NCBI GenBank assembly: GCA_046313635.1
Contig: JBKBYA010000002.1
Coordinates: 256,001 to 320,000 of the forward strand
DNA length: 64,000 nucleotides
Reading direction: 5' to 3'
From: Pyrinomonadaceae bacterium
GTDB taxonomy: Bacteria > Acidobacteriota > Blastocatellia > Pyrinomonadales > Pyrinomonadaceae
Under the pieces are notes generated by a model. It was not told where the DNA came from, ran no database searches, and saw only the letters and a list, made by a program, of their open reading frames with translations. Below are positions 47,467 to 56,947 of the stretch, piece after piece. The position numbers and the translations under genes were made by a program. Position 1 is the stretch's first letter, and each line of letters opens with the position of its first letter.

Positions 47467-48231
47467 ATGACGAGTACCGGGATCGAGATAAACCAATCGC
47501 CGCGGAGCGACCCGAGAGAGAGGATCATCGTCGCTCTCGACGTCGACGATACGAGTGCTGCCGACCGCCTTGTTGAGCAGCTGGCCGGGCGTACCGGAGC
47601 GTTCAAGGTCGGGCTGCAGCTCTTCACGAATGCGGGCCCGGGCTACGTTCGCGAGCTGAGCGGCCGCGGGCTCAACGTCTTTCTCGATCTGAAATACCAC
47701 GACATTCCCAACACGGTCGCAGGCGCCGTCGTCGAGGCCGCGAAGCTCGGCGTCTGGATGGTAAACGTCCATGCGCTCGGCGGAGGCGAGATGATGCGTC
47801 GGGCCGCTGCCGAACTGCGCGAGCATTGCGAGAGAACCGGGCAAAGAGCTCCCATCTTGATCGGCGTCACGGTGCTCACGAGCTCCGACGATGCCGCGCT
47901 GCGTGAGGTCGGGATCGGGGCGAGGGCCGAGGACGAGGTCTTGACGCTTGCCGCACTCGCGCGGCGTTCGGGGCTCGACGGTGTGGTCGCCTCGCCGAGA
48001 GAGGCGGCGGCCATCCGTTCGACGATCTCGGACGGGGATCTCGTCATCGTAACGCCGGGCGTGAGGCCGCCGAGCTCCGCATCCGACGATCAAAAGCGTG
48101 TGAGCACTCCGGCCGAGGCGATCAGGTCGGGCGCCGATTATTTGGTCATCGGCAGGCCGATCACCGCATCAAACGATCCGGCGGCGGCGTTGGAGGCGAT
48201 CGTCGGCGACCTCGGTGAATTATCGAAATGA
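47467..48231 (+). CDS. pyrF: Orotidine-5'-phosphate decarboxylase
   Basis: IIVALD, FKVG, FLDLKYHDIPNT, VTPGVRP, DDQKR, VIGRPIT. Confidence 0.96.
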   Translation: MTSTGIEINQSPRSDPRERIIVALDVDDTSAADRLVEQLAGRTGAFKVGLQLFTNAGPGYVRELSGRGLNVFLDLKYHDIPNTVAGAVVEAAKLGVWMVNVHALGGGEMMRRAAAELREHCERTGQRAPILIGVTVLTSSDDAALREVGIGARAEDEVLTLAALARRSGLDGVVASPREAAAIRSTISDGDLVIVTPGVRPPSSASDDQKRVSTPAEAIRSGADYLVIGRPITASNDPAAALEAIVGDLGELSK

Positions 48232-49748
48232 CCTCGACAGAATCCAATACCATTCGCACGGCCCGGCTGATCGCGGCATTCTCGATCCTCCTCTGCTGTC
48301 TTGCTCTCGCGTTGTCGGCAAGTGCCCAGTCGAGCCTGAACGGCATCCCGTCGTCGACCGTCCGGATCGGCGAACGCCTGTCGTACGGAGTGACGTTTGA
48401 GCGGTACCGCGACATCGCCTTTGCCGAGACGTACGTCGTCTCGAGGGGGCGGCTTGCCGACCGCGACGCGATCGAGCTGCGTTCGCGTGTCAAGACCCTA
48501 GATCTCTTGAGTGCCGCATTCTACTCGATAGACGAAACGCGGACGACCTACATCGCGGCAGAGTCGGGCGTCCCGCTTTTCGTTCGACGCGTCGATAACT
48601 CGGGCGTGCAGGCGCTGGAGTCCACGAGCAGCTATCTCTCGGCGACGGCGCCCGGGCACGACCTGCTTTCGCTGCTGTTCAGGATCCGGGCGGCCGGCGG
48701 CGCGGGCACATTCGTACTAGTCGAGAACGATCGCACTTATCCGGTCACGACACAGATCAACGGCACCGAACGCGTAAAGACCGATGCCGGCGAATTCGAC
48801 ACCAGTGCCGTCACGGTACAGAGCGAATACCTGACCGAGCTCGGCATTCAGGGCCTGCGGATAAATCTCTCGAATGACGAGGCCCGCTTGCCGGTGCGGT
48901 TCGCTTTCCGTACGTCGAAAGGCCAGTTCGTCGTTACGCTGTCCGGCCTGCAGATGCTGACGGCGCCGACCGAGACGGCTCCCGAGCCGACACCGCTGCC
49001 GACGCCTTTGCCGAGACCGGCCGAGACGCCGCGTCCCGCTGCGACGCCGCGGCCGTATGTCGATAATCAGCCGCTCGATCCCGAGGTCGGATTTGCCCTG
49101 GGCGAACGTCTCGTGTATCGCGTCACGACGGCGGGCCGCCTGATCGCCGAGTTTCAGATGCACGCCAAGGAAAGGAAGCTTTTTGCCGGGCAGGACAGTC
49201 TTTTGCTCGAGGGCGTTGTGATATCGGCCGCAGCCGGCAACGGCACGCTTGCGGTCGGCGATCGGATAGCCGCGCAGGTCGACCCCGAAACTCTCGCCCC
49301 GCGCCAATTCGAGATGCGGTTTGCCAACGGGCTCGTGCAGTCGGCTCTATTCGACCAGCGGACGGGCACCGTGACGCTTGATGGGGCAGGGAAGATCGAC
49401 GGCCCCGTGGGAACGCACAGCATCCTCTCGCTGCTCTACGCGCTGCGCTCATTCAACCTCAAGCCGCGCCACGATCTTAACAATCCTGGAAACGATATTC
49501 GCGTCGCGGTCTTTTGGCGTTCGAAAGCGAGCACCTTTGTCCTGCGTCCCGCCGTTCCCGAAACGATCGAGATCAACGGGCAAAAGGTCGCGGCGCAGCT
49601 GGTCACCGTCAACACCGGCGATGCCGAGCTCGACCCGCTCGCGCCGCGGGTTTGGCTCAGCGTCGACGAGCGTCGCGTGCCGCTCCGGATCGTCATCGGT
49701 CCCTATCAGCTCGATCTTGCCGCCGCAGAAAAAACAGTCAAGCCATAA
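48228..49748 (+). CDS. Secreted protein with tandem DUF3108-like domains
   Basis: Two GERL.Y...(W/N)LS.DE.R.P.R modules separated by a Pro-Thr linker. Confidence 0.72.
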   Translation: MTSTESNTIRTARLIAAFSILLCCLALALSASAQSSLNGIPSSTVRIGERLSYGVTFERYRDIAFAETYVVSRGRLADRDAIELRSRVKTLDLLSAAFYSIDETRTTYIAAESGVPLFVRRVDNSGVQALESTSSYLSATAPGHDLLSLLFRIRAAGGAGTFVLVENDRTYPVTTQINGTERVKTDAGEFDTSAVTVQSEYLTELGIQGLRINLSNDEARLPVRFAFRTSKGQFVVTLSGLQMLTAPTETAPEPTPLPTPLPRPAETPRPAATPRPYVDNQPLDPEVGFALGERLVYRVTTAGRLIAEFQMHAKERKLFAGQDSLLLEGVVISAAAGNGTLAVGDRIAAQVDPETLAPRQFEMRFANGLVQSALFDQRTGTVTLDGAGKIDGPVGTHSILSLLYALRSFNLKPRHDLNNPGNDIRVAVFWRSKASTFVLRPAVPETIEINGQKVAAQLVTVNTGDAELDPLAPRVWLSVDERRVPLRIVIGPYQLDLAAAEKTVKP

Positions 49749-49803
49749 CGCCGCCGGGCCGCGCAGTTGCAGGTCCTGATCCGCCGCCCGCGGCCAGATG
49801 AAA

Positions 49804-49832
49804 TTGAAATCGGTTTTCAACTAGAGTAGACT
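49804..49832 (+). promoter_or_regulatory. feoAB promoter with overlapping palindromic operator
   Basis: TTGAAA-17 nt-TAGACT; inverted repeat TTGAAA-TCGGT-TTTCAA covers the -35 box. Confidence 0.6.
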
Positions 49833-49851
49833 GTCGTTGGAGATTCGGCCC

Positions 49852-50106
49852 ATGTCTGTACCTTCAAAAGAGATCTCTGAGGTCAAAACACTTACGTCCC
49901 TGATGCCGGGCGACGCGGCTCGCGTGATCTCTATCCGCGAGAGCGGCCGCATCAGCCGCCGCCTGATGGAAATGGGAGTGATCCCGGGCGTGACCGTGCA
50001 GGTCGTCAAATCCGCTCCTTTCGGCGATCCGATCGAGGTCCGCGTTCGCGGCTACAGCCTCGCGATGCGGCGCTCTGAGGCCGACGCGATAGAGGTGGCC
50101 GGCTGA
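49852..50106 (+). CDS. feoA: Ferrous iron transport protein A
   Basis: RRLMEMGVIPG, APFGDPIEVRVRGYSLAMR. Confidence 0.93.
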   Translation: MSVPSKEISEVKTLTSLMPGDAARVISIRESGRISRRLMEMGVIPGVTVQVVKSAPFGDPIEVRVRGYSLAMRRSEADAIEVAG

Positions 50107-50115
50107 CTTCGGGCG

Positions 50116-52098
50116 ATGCACGATACTGCCGCACCCAAACAACTGACCGTCGTTCTCGCCGGCAACCCCAACGCGGGTAAGACGACCCTCTTCAATTCGC
50201 TCACAGGACTAAAACAAAAGGTCGCGAATTACCCCGGCGTTACCGTCGAGCGTAAGCAGGGAACTTGGCATCTGCCGTTCGCCGATGTCGATCTGATCGA
50301 CCTTCCCGGCCTGTACAGTCTCGACGCGACCTCGCTGGACGAGCAGATCGCGCGGCAGGTGATAACGGGCGAGCTCACAGGCATCGCAAAGCCCGACGCC
50401 GTGATCGCGGTCGTCGACTCGACCAACCTCGAACGCAATCTCTATCTCGTGACGCAGCTTCTCGAATTTGGCACACCGGTCGTCGTCGCCTTGACGATGA
50501 TCGATACATTCGAAAAGCAGAAGCACGAGATCGATATCCGGCGCCTCCGAGCGCTGCTCAAGGTCCCGGTCGTCGCCGTCAACGCGCGTACCGGCCGCGG
50601 CAAGGATGAGCTCGCCGAGGCGCTCGAGTCGGTGATCGGCTCGCATGCTCCGCTGCCGGCCGAGCTCAACGGCCATCTTGAGGGCGCCGGCGACACGGCC
50701 CGCATCTTTGCCCGCTACAACTTTATCTCGAATGTCGTGCAGGAATCCGTCCGGCACAACGACCGCGCTCACCATGCCGTCTCGGAAAAGATCGACCGCG
50801 TCCTGACTCACAAATTCTTCGGGCTCGTGATCCTGGCCGTGGTGCTCCTGCTGGTCTTTCAGGCGATCTTCTCGTGGGCGAGCCTGCCGATGGATCTGCT
50901 CGATCGCGGCTTTGGCGATCTCGCCGATTGGTCGCGGGCCGCGATGCCGCAGGGCGTGCTTTCGGACCTGGTAGCCGACGGCATCATCGCGGGCGTCGGC
51001 GGCGTGCTCGTCTTTTTGCCGCAGATCCTTTTGCTGTTTCTTTTTATCTCGCTGCTTGAGGATACGGGCTACATGGCACGCGCGGCGTTCCTTCTCGACA
51101 AGCTGATGAGCCGCGTCGGGCTGCACGGAAAGGCGTTTTTGCCGCTGATGAGCAGCTTTGCGTGCGCGATACCCGGCATCATGGCGACGCGGACGATCGA
51201 GAGCCGCCGCGACCGCTTTGCGACAATTTTGATCGCGCCTTTTATGAGCTGCTCGGCTAGGCTGCCGGTGTATTCGCTGATGATCGCGGCGTTCTTCACG
51301 GGGCAGACGGTGCTCGGATTCATCTCGATCGGTGCGGTGCTGATGCTGGCGATGTACACGCTCGGGATCATGGTCGCCATCGTCGTCGCATTCATCCTCA
51401 AGCGGACGCTGCTCAAGGCGCCTCCGCCGCCATTTCTGATGGAGCTGCCGCCGTACCGTGTGCCGAATCTCCGCAGCGTTTTTCAGAATATGGTGACGCG
51501 CGCATGGCTCTTCGTAAAAAGGGCGGGCACGGTCATTCTCGCGATCTCGATCATTCTCTGGGCTCTGATGTACTTTCCGAGGTCGGCCGAGCCGGCAGAA
51601 GCTCAGGCGGTCCCGGCAGAAGTGTCGACTCTCGAGACGTCCGCGGACAGCGAGGTTTCGACCGAGAGCGAGCAGCTCAAGAACAGCTTTGCGGGCCGGC
51701 TCGGTCACGCGATCGAGCCCGCGATCGCGCCGATGGGATTTGATTGGAAGACAGGGGTCGCTCTTATCGCGAGCTTTGCCGCGCGCGAGGTCCTCGTCTC
51801 GACCCTCGGCATCATTTACAACGTCGGAAAGGACGAGAACGAGCAGTCTGAGACGCTCGTCTCAGCAATTCGCGAAGCGAAAAAAGACGACGGCTCGCCG
51901 GCGTGGACGCCGCTCTCCGCGCTCTCGCTGATGGTCTTTTTTGTCCTGGCGATGCAGTGTATGTCGACGGTGGCGATCGTTCGCCGCGAGACCAACTCCT
52001 GGCGTTGGCCGCTCTTCATGATCGTCTACATGACAGGTCTCGCGTACGTCGCGTCGGTGATAACATATCAGGGCGGACGGGCCCTCGGATTTGAATGA
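50116..52098 (+). CDS. feoB: Ferrous iron transport protein B
   Basis: GNPNAGKT, NYPGVTVE, DLPG, LEDTGYMARAAF, PFMSCSARL. Confidence 0.96.
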   Translation: MHDTAAPKQLTVVLAGNPNAGKTTLFNSLTGLKQKVANYPGVTVERKQGTWHLPFADVDLIDLPGLYSLDATSLDEQIARQVITGELTGIAKPDAVIAVVDSTNLERNLYLVTQLLEFGTPVVVALTMIDTFEKQKHEIDIRRLRALLKVPVVAVNARTGRGKDELAEALESVIGSHAPLPAELNGHLEGAGDTARIFARYNFISNVVQESVRHNDRAHHAVSEKIDRVLTHKFFGLVILAVVLLLVFQAIFSWASLPMDLLDRGFGDLADWSRAAMPQGVLSDLVADGIIAGVGGVLVFLPQILLLFLFISLLEDTGYMARAAFLLDKLMSRVGLHGKAFLPLMSSFACAIPGIMATRTIESRRDRFATILIAPFMSCSARLPVYSLMIAAFFTGQTVLGFISIGAVLMLAMYTLGIMVAIVVAFILKRTLLKAPPPPFLMELPPYRVPNLRSVFQNMVTRAWLFVKRAGTVILAISIILWALMYFPRSAEPAEAQAVPAEVSTLETSADSEVSTESEQLKNSFAGRLGHAIEPAIAPMGFDWKTGVALIASFAAREVLVSTLGIIYNVGKDENEQSETLVSAIREAKKDDGSPAWTPLSALSLMVFFVLAMQCMSTVAIVRRETNSWRWPLFMIVYMTGLAYVASVITYQGGRALGFE

Positions 52099-52262
52099 GC
52101 GAGACGATCCAATACATCATCGTCGCCCTCGTGCTGCTCGCGGCCATCGCCTACACGGCACGCGGCGTTATTCGAAAGGGCCGCTCGATGTCGCCGAAGC
52201 GTGCCTCGTGTGAGGCCGACTGCGGCTGCGGCTCGTCGGAGAAAGCGGCTCGAGCTCGATAG
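52095..52262 (+). CDS. FeoB-associated Cys-rich membrane protein (55 aa)
   Basis: Manual translation MSETIQYIIVALVLLAAIAYTARGVIRKGRSMSPKRASCEADCGCGSSEKAARAR; ATGA overlap with feoB stop; absent from ORF track. Confidence 0.8.
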   Translation: MSETIQYIIVALVLLAAIAYTARGVIRKGRSMSPKRASCEADCGCGSSEKAARAR

Positions 52263-52267
52263 TCGAT

Positions 52268-53155
52268 TTGGAAGAAGAACCCAAATTTCTAACCGCCGGA
52301 ATGCGTTCGATGTTCTTGTCGACGCTTTCTTTTTTTCTCGCCAACGTATTTGTCAAAGAGGTCAGCCACATCCCCGCGATGGAGATCGTTTTCTTTCGCT
52401 GCGTGGTCGCGTCGGCGCTCTGCCTTTACGGCCTTCGCAGGGCGGGCGGCGACTGGAAAGGGTCAAACCGCAAGCTGCTGCTGATGCGAGGACTATTCGG
52501 CACGACGGCGCTCTATTTCTTTTTCGTCACGCTGCAGAATATGCCGCTCGCCACCGCGCAGACGATTCAGTATCTCTCGCCGATCTTTACGAGCGTGATC
52601 GCGATATTTGTGCTCGGCGAATCGGTCCGCGGCGCGCAGTGGCTGTTTTATGCGATCGCATTCGGCGGCGTGCTGCTGATCGAGCGGGTCGACGCGCGCG
52701 TGTCGCCGTTCTTTTTGACGATCGGTGTGATCTCGGCCTTCTGTTCGGGCGTGGCGTACAACCTCGTGCGCAGCCTGCGGGGCCGGGAACATCCGCTGAC
52801 GGTCGTCTTGCACTTTCAGCTTGTCGGAGTGGTGGCCGGATCTATCGGATGCCTTTTTGAATGGCGGACGCCGAGCGGAATCGATTGGATCTACCTTCTG
52901 CTGATCGGTATCTTTTCGCAGCTCGGGCAGATCTTTTTGACCAACGCGCTGCAGCGCGAAAAGGTCGCGGGCGTCGCGATCATAAACTATACAGGCCTCG
53001 TCTATGCATTGCTCGTCGGAGCCTTCGTCTTTGGCGAGGAGCAGTCGGCAGGGACGATGGCCGGGATGCTGCTTGTCGTCTTCGGCGTGCTGCTGAGCGT
53101 CTTTTACAGCCGCCGCATGCGCGATCTGGAGAAGATCGAGGCGACGGCGGGTTGA
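52268..53155 (+). CDS. DMT/EamA family transporter
   Basis: EIVFFR, MPLATAQTIQYLSPIF, multi-TM. Confidence 0.88.
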   Translation: MEEEPKFLTAGMRSMFLSTLSFFLANVFVKEVSHIPAMEIVFFRCVVASALCLYGLRRAGGDWKGSNRKLLLMRGLFGTTALYFFFVTLQNMPLATAQTIQYLSPIFTSVIAIFVLGESVRGAQWLFYAIAFGGVLLIERVDARVSPFFLTIGVISAFCSGVAYNLVRSLRGREHPLTVVLHFQLVGVVAGSIGCLFEWRTPSGIDWIYLLLIGIFSQLGQIFLTNALQREKVAGVAIINYTGLVYALLVGAFVFGEEQSAGTMAGMLLVVFGVLLSVFYSRRMRDLEKIEATAG

Positions 53156-53190
53156 CGCACCAGCTGTCGTCAAAGAAGATTGATTTGCCT

Positions 53191-53676
53191 ATGTCCGACA
53201 GCCTCATCCGAGCTTTTATCGTCACGGTCAGCGACACGCGAAACGTCAAGACCGACGCTTCGGGCGACCGGCTCGCCGAGCTTTTGCTGGCGGCCGAAGC
53301 GGACGTGATCGGCAAGCTGATCGTGACTGACGATCTGGATGTTATCCGCGATACTCTGATCGAGTTGTCGACGAGGGAAGATGTCGATCTCGTTTTCACG
53401 ACCGGCGGGACTGGCTTTGCTCCGCGAGACAACACGCCCGAGGCGACACGGGCCGTGATCGAGCGAGAAGCTCCCGGCCTCGCCGAGGCGATGCGTCGCG
53501 AGACCGCATCAAAGACGCCGATGTCGATTCTTTCGCGAGCCGTCTGCGGCATTCGCGGCCGCACTCTGATCGTTAATCTGCCCGGCTCGCCTAAGGGCGT
53601 CGAAGAGTGCTTCGAAGTGATAAAGCCTGTCCTGCCGCACGCCGTCGCGCTCATTCGAGGAGATACGGGGCATTAG
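53191..53676 (+). CDS. mog: Molybdopterin adenylyltransferase (Mog/MoaB family)
   Basis: VTVSD, TTGGTGFAPRDNTPEAT, LSRAVCG, NLPGSPKG. Confidence 0.88.
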   Translation: MSDSLIRAFIVTVSDTRNVKTDASGDRLAELLLAAEADVIGKLIVTDDLDVIRDTLIELSTREDVDLVFTTGGTGFAPRDNTPEATRAVIEREAPGLAEAMRRETASKTPMSILSRAVCGIRGRTLIVNLPGSPKGVEECFEVIKPVLPHAVALIRGDTGH

Positions 53677-53680
53677 GTGA

Positions 53681-53876
53681 TTGCGGATTTCGGATTTCGG
53701 ATTTGAATCGGCGATCCGCGATCGATCGGCACGCTCCCTCACGGTCGAGTTTCTGCCCGGGCAATCCGCAATCCGAAATCCGCAATCCGAGATCCGCAAC
53801 CGACGGCCGGCACGCTCCCTAACGGTCGCGTTTCTGCCCGGAAAATCCGCAATCCGAAATCCGCAATCCGCAATCG
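53681..53876. repeat. Composite intergenic repeat, copy 1 (heptamer arrays plus two 33-bp REP-like units)
   Basis: GGATTTC and AATCCG(A/C) arrays; CGGCACGCTCCCTMACGGTCGMGTTTCTGCCCG at 53727-53759 and 53808-53840. Confidence 0.9.
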
Positions 53877-53889
53877 AAGAGCTCCTCGC

Positions 53890-55437
53890 CTACCTCCGCA
53901 GCGCGGACTGAATGAATGCCGCCGCGTCCCTTTTCAATTTGGCGAGCGAGTTTTTCTCGATGTACATCATGTGGCCCGAGTCGTAGTACTCGAAGCTGAC
54001 GTTCTTTCTCAGCTCGGGGTCGAGGTTCATCGCCGAGACGGTGTACTCAGCCGCATAGAAGGGCGTCGCCATGTCGTAGTAGCCCTGGGCGAGCAGGACC
54101 TTCATATACGGATTTTTCGCCATCGCGTCCTTGAGCGGGATGCTCGTGTCGGCGTAGCCGTTATTGACGTTGTAGTTCCACGGCGATGTGATGCCGCCGC
54201 CGAGGATGTAGTACTCGACGTCGGACTTGTAGCCGAGCTCGCGGCGGACGTAGTCGTTAAAGACCGACGTGTACGGCGGACGAATGGCGTTCATGCTCGG
54301 GTCCGAATCGATGTTGTTGTTCGCGGCGTCGCGGTCGATGCCCGTAAACCGGCTGTCGAGGCGGCCGACCGAGCGGCGGCGATCGCGGAGCAGCTCTTTC
54401 AAAAACTCGCCAAGCTCCACACGGAAGTTGTTGTTCAAAACGAACTGGCGGCTGAGCCCCGTGAACGACGCGAACTTGTCCGCGAGTGCGTCGCGTTCGC
54501 CCGCCGAGAGCTGATCGATCCGCAGCATTGCCGGCATATACTCATTTGCCGCGAACTGCCGCGCTTCCTGCGCGATCTGGGCGACCGTCTTGGCCTGCAT
54601 CGCCGGGGACAGCTTTTTGTGATACCAGGCCGTCGTCGCGTACGACGGCAGGATCAGCACGAGCGGCATGTCGTTGTTGTCGGCGAAGCGGATCGTTTGA
54701 AAGTTCATCACCGTCGAGACCAGGATGATGCCGTTCAGCCCGACGCCGTGCTCAAAGAGCCAGTTCGAGAGCCCCGAGGCCCGCGTCGTGCCGTAGCTTT
54801 CGCCGACGAGAAACATCGGCGACGACCAGCGCTCGCTGCGGCCGAGATACATCCTGATAAATTCGCCGACCGACTCGATGTCGCCATTCACTCCGAAGAA
54901 TTTGCTCGCAAGCTCGGGCTTAGCGGCGCGAGAGTAGCCGGTGCCGACCGGGTCGATAAAGACCATATCGGTCTCGGTCAGCCACGTCTGATCGTTGTCG
55001 ACCATCTCGTACGGCGGCGGCGGCATTAGGCCGTCGTCGAGCATCTTGACGCGGCGCGGGCCGAGCGCTCCGAGATGCAGCCAGACCGACGCCGAGCCGG
55101 GGCCGCCGTTGAAAGAGAACATCAGCGGACGCGTCCTGGGGTCGGAGACTCCGTCGAGCGTGTAGGCCATGTAGAAGATCCGAGCTTCGGTCTCGCCGCT
55201 GACGGCATTTTTGATCGGCATAAAGCCGGTCGTGGTCGTGTAGTTGAGCGTGCGGCCGCCGACGCGGACCGACTGCTTTCGCACGACCGGAGCTTCGTCG
55301 CGCGGGTCCGGCGTCGGTCGCGGCGTCGCTGCATTCTGCGGCGTCTCGGTCGGTCGCGGCTGCGCGGCCGCCGGCGAGACCGCGGGCGTCGGCGTCTGGA
55401 ACAACAGCAGTAAAGGCAGGAAAAATGTGGCTAGCAT
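53890..55437 (-). CDS. Serine carboxypeptidase (S10 family), secreted
   Basis: FNGGPGSAS, IDPVGTGYS, GESYG, GYYDMATP, SGHMMY. Confidence 0.92.
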   Translation of the reverse strand: MLATFFLPLLLLFQTPTPAVSPAAAQPRPTETPQNAATPRPTPDPRDEAPVVRKQSVRVGGRTLNYTTTTGFMPIKNAVSGETEARIFYMAYTLDGVSDPRTRPLMFSFNGGPGSASVWLHLGALGPRRVKMLDDGLMPPPPYEMVDNDQTWLTETDMVFIDPVGTGYSRAAKPELASKFFGVNGDIESVGEFIRMYLGRSERWSSPMFLVGESYGTTRASGLSNWLFEHGVGLNGIILVSTVMNFQTIRFADNNDMPLVLILPSYATTAWYHKKLSPAMQAKTVAQIAQEARQFAANEYMPAMLRIDQLSAGERDALADKFASFTGLSRQFVLNNNFRVELGEFLKELLRDRRRSVGRLDSRFTGIDRDAANNNIDSDPSMNAIRPPYTSVFNDYVRRELGYKSDVEYYILGGGITSPWNYNVNNGYADTSIPLKDAMAKNPYMKVLLAQGYYDMATPFYAAEYTVSAMNLDPELRKNVSFEYYDSGHMMYIEKNSLAKLKRDAAAFIQSALRR

Positions 55438-55521
55438 ATTTTGTATAGGAATTGTCTGGTCTGCGTTTGATCGTGCAAAAGTTTACGGCCCGCATTTAGG
55501 CGAAGGCAAGCCGGAAGGAAA

Positions 55522-55720
55522 TGCGGATTTCGGATTTCGGATTTCGGATTTGAATTCGCGATCCGCGATCGACCGGCACGCTCCCTAACGGTCGCGTTTC
55601 TGCCCGGGAAATCCGCAATCGGCAATCCGAAATCCGCAATCGACGACCGGCACGCTCCCTCACGGTCGAGTTTCTGCCCGTCGGCAATCCGAAATCCGAA
55701 ATCCGCAATCCGAAATCCGC
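55522..55720. repeat. Composite intergenic repeat, copy 2
   Basis: Same architecture as copy 1; 33-bp units at 55574-55606 and 55648-55680. Confidence 0.9.
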
Positions 55721-55732
55721 CGCCACTTTCCC

Positions 55733-56947
55733 CTACCGTACCGTCTCGCTGACGACCTTGCCGTTGATGACGGTGCCGATGCAATGGCTTGTCCATTCGA
55801 ATGGATCGCCGTCGTAGAGTGCGAGGTCGCCGTCCTTGCCTTTTTCGATCGAGCCGATCCGCGCGTCGAGGCCGAGCAGACGCGCCGCGTCGATCGTTAT
55901 GAGCGCGAGCGCGTCGCGCTGCGAGAGACCGTTGGCGGCGGCCATCGCCGCCTCGAAGAGAACGGTGCGCGTCTTTGGCACGTAGGCTTCGTAGCCGCTT
56001 TGCAGGGCGACCGTGATGCCTGCGGCTTTGAGCTTCGCGGCGGTCTCGAGCGAGAGGCTCTCGGCGTCGCCGCCAGGCCGCGCCATCGTCGGATGAACGA
56101 CGACCGGGAAGCCCGACGCCTTGATCTCGTTGATCACCAGCGGAGCTTCGGCCACGCCGTCTAAAACGATGCGGAGGTTGAACTCCTTTGCAAGCCTGAG
56201 CGCGGTCATGATGTCCTGCGCCTTGTTCGCGGTGACGAGCAGCGGCAGCTCTCGCTTGATGACGCGGAGCATGATCTCGGAACGCGGGTCGCGCGGCGGC
56301 TCGGACTTTTTCGAATTCTCAAGCGCCTTGATCAGCTCGGCCCGCAGCATCGCCGCCTGCTTGGCGCGCGTTCCCGGCGACTTGCCCTGACCGGCGAGTG
56401 CATCCTGACCGAAAGTGACGGCGATCATCGCGGTCGGCACGAGCGTGACGTCGTCGACCGTCTTGCCAAAGGTCTTCGCGATCATCGTCTGTCCGGAGAT
56501 CAGCGCAGACGGCTGATGCCCGGTGTGGATCGTCGTCACGCCGTACTGCCGAATGTGCTCGATCAGCCGTTCTTCGGTGTTGTAAGCGTCGATCGCACGC
56601 AGCTCAGGCTGCATCGAGGCGCTCGCGTCGAGCGCCATCTGGTCGTGCGGCTGATTCAAATAGCCGTTGAGGCCGACGACGGAATGCGCGTCGATGAGAC
56701 CGGGCGTCACGACCTTTGCGGTAAACACGCGGTAATTTGCCGGAATGTTTATTTGCGAAGCCGCGCCGACCGCCTCGATCTTGCCGTCGGCGCCGACGAG
56801 CACGACGCCGTTCCGGATCGGCTCGCCTGCCATCGTCCAGACCGTCTCGCCCTTGACCGCGATCTGCGCGTGGGCGGTGAGCACGGAGCAGTAAGCGGTG
56901 AGCAGAAGTAAGAAGAAGATACTTGTAGCTTTCAGTTTGTCGTGCAT
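55733..56947 (-). CDS. Secreted amidohydrolase family protein
   Basis: PGLIDAHS, GVTT, GSIEKGKDGDL; paired with upstream amidohydrolase. Confidence 0.88.
   Translation of the reverse strand: MHDKLKATSIFFLLLLTAYCSVLTAHAQIAVKGETVWTMAGEPIRNGVVLVGADGKIEAVGAASQINIPANYRVFTAKVVTPGLIDAHSVVGLNGYLNQPHDQMALDASASMQPELRAIDAYNTEERLIEHIRQYGVTTIHTGHQPSALISGQTMIAKTFGKTVDDVTLVPTAMIAVTFGQDALAGQGKSPGTRAKQAAMLRAELIKALENSKKSEPPRDPRSEIMLRVIKRELPLLVTANKAQDIMTALRLAKEFNLRIVLDGVAEAPLVINEIKASGFPVVVHPTMARPGGDAESLSLETAAKLKAAGITVALQSGYEAYVPKTRTVLFEAAMAAANGLSQRDALALITIDAARLLGLDARIGSIEKGKDGDLALYDGDPFEWTSHCIGTVINGKVVSETVR

Noticed and set aside
53509..53911. ORFs such as MRISDFGF.../IRNPQS... over the repeat (also 55431-55796 and 55496-55726)
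   Set aside because: Translation artefacts of heptamer arrays.
53681..55720. CRISPR array suggested by recurring 33-bp units
   Set aside because: Only two units per locus, the intervening sequence is itself repetitive heptamers rather than unique spacers, and there are no cas genes.
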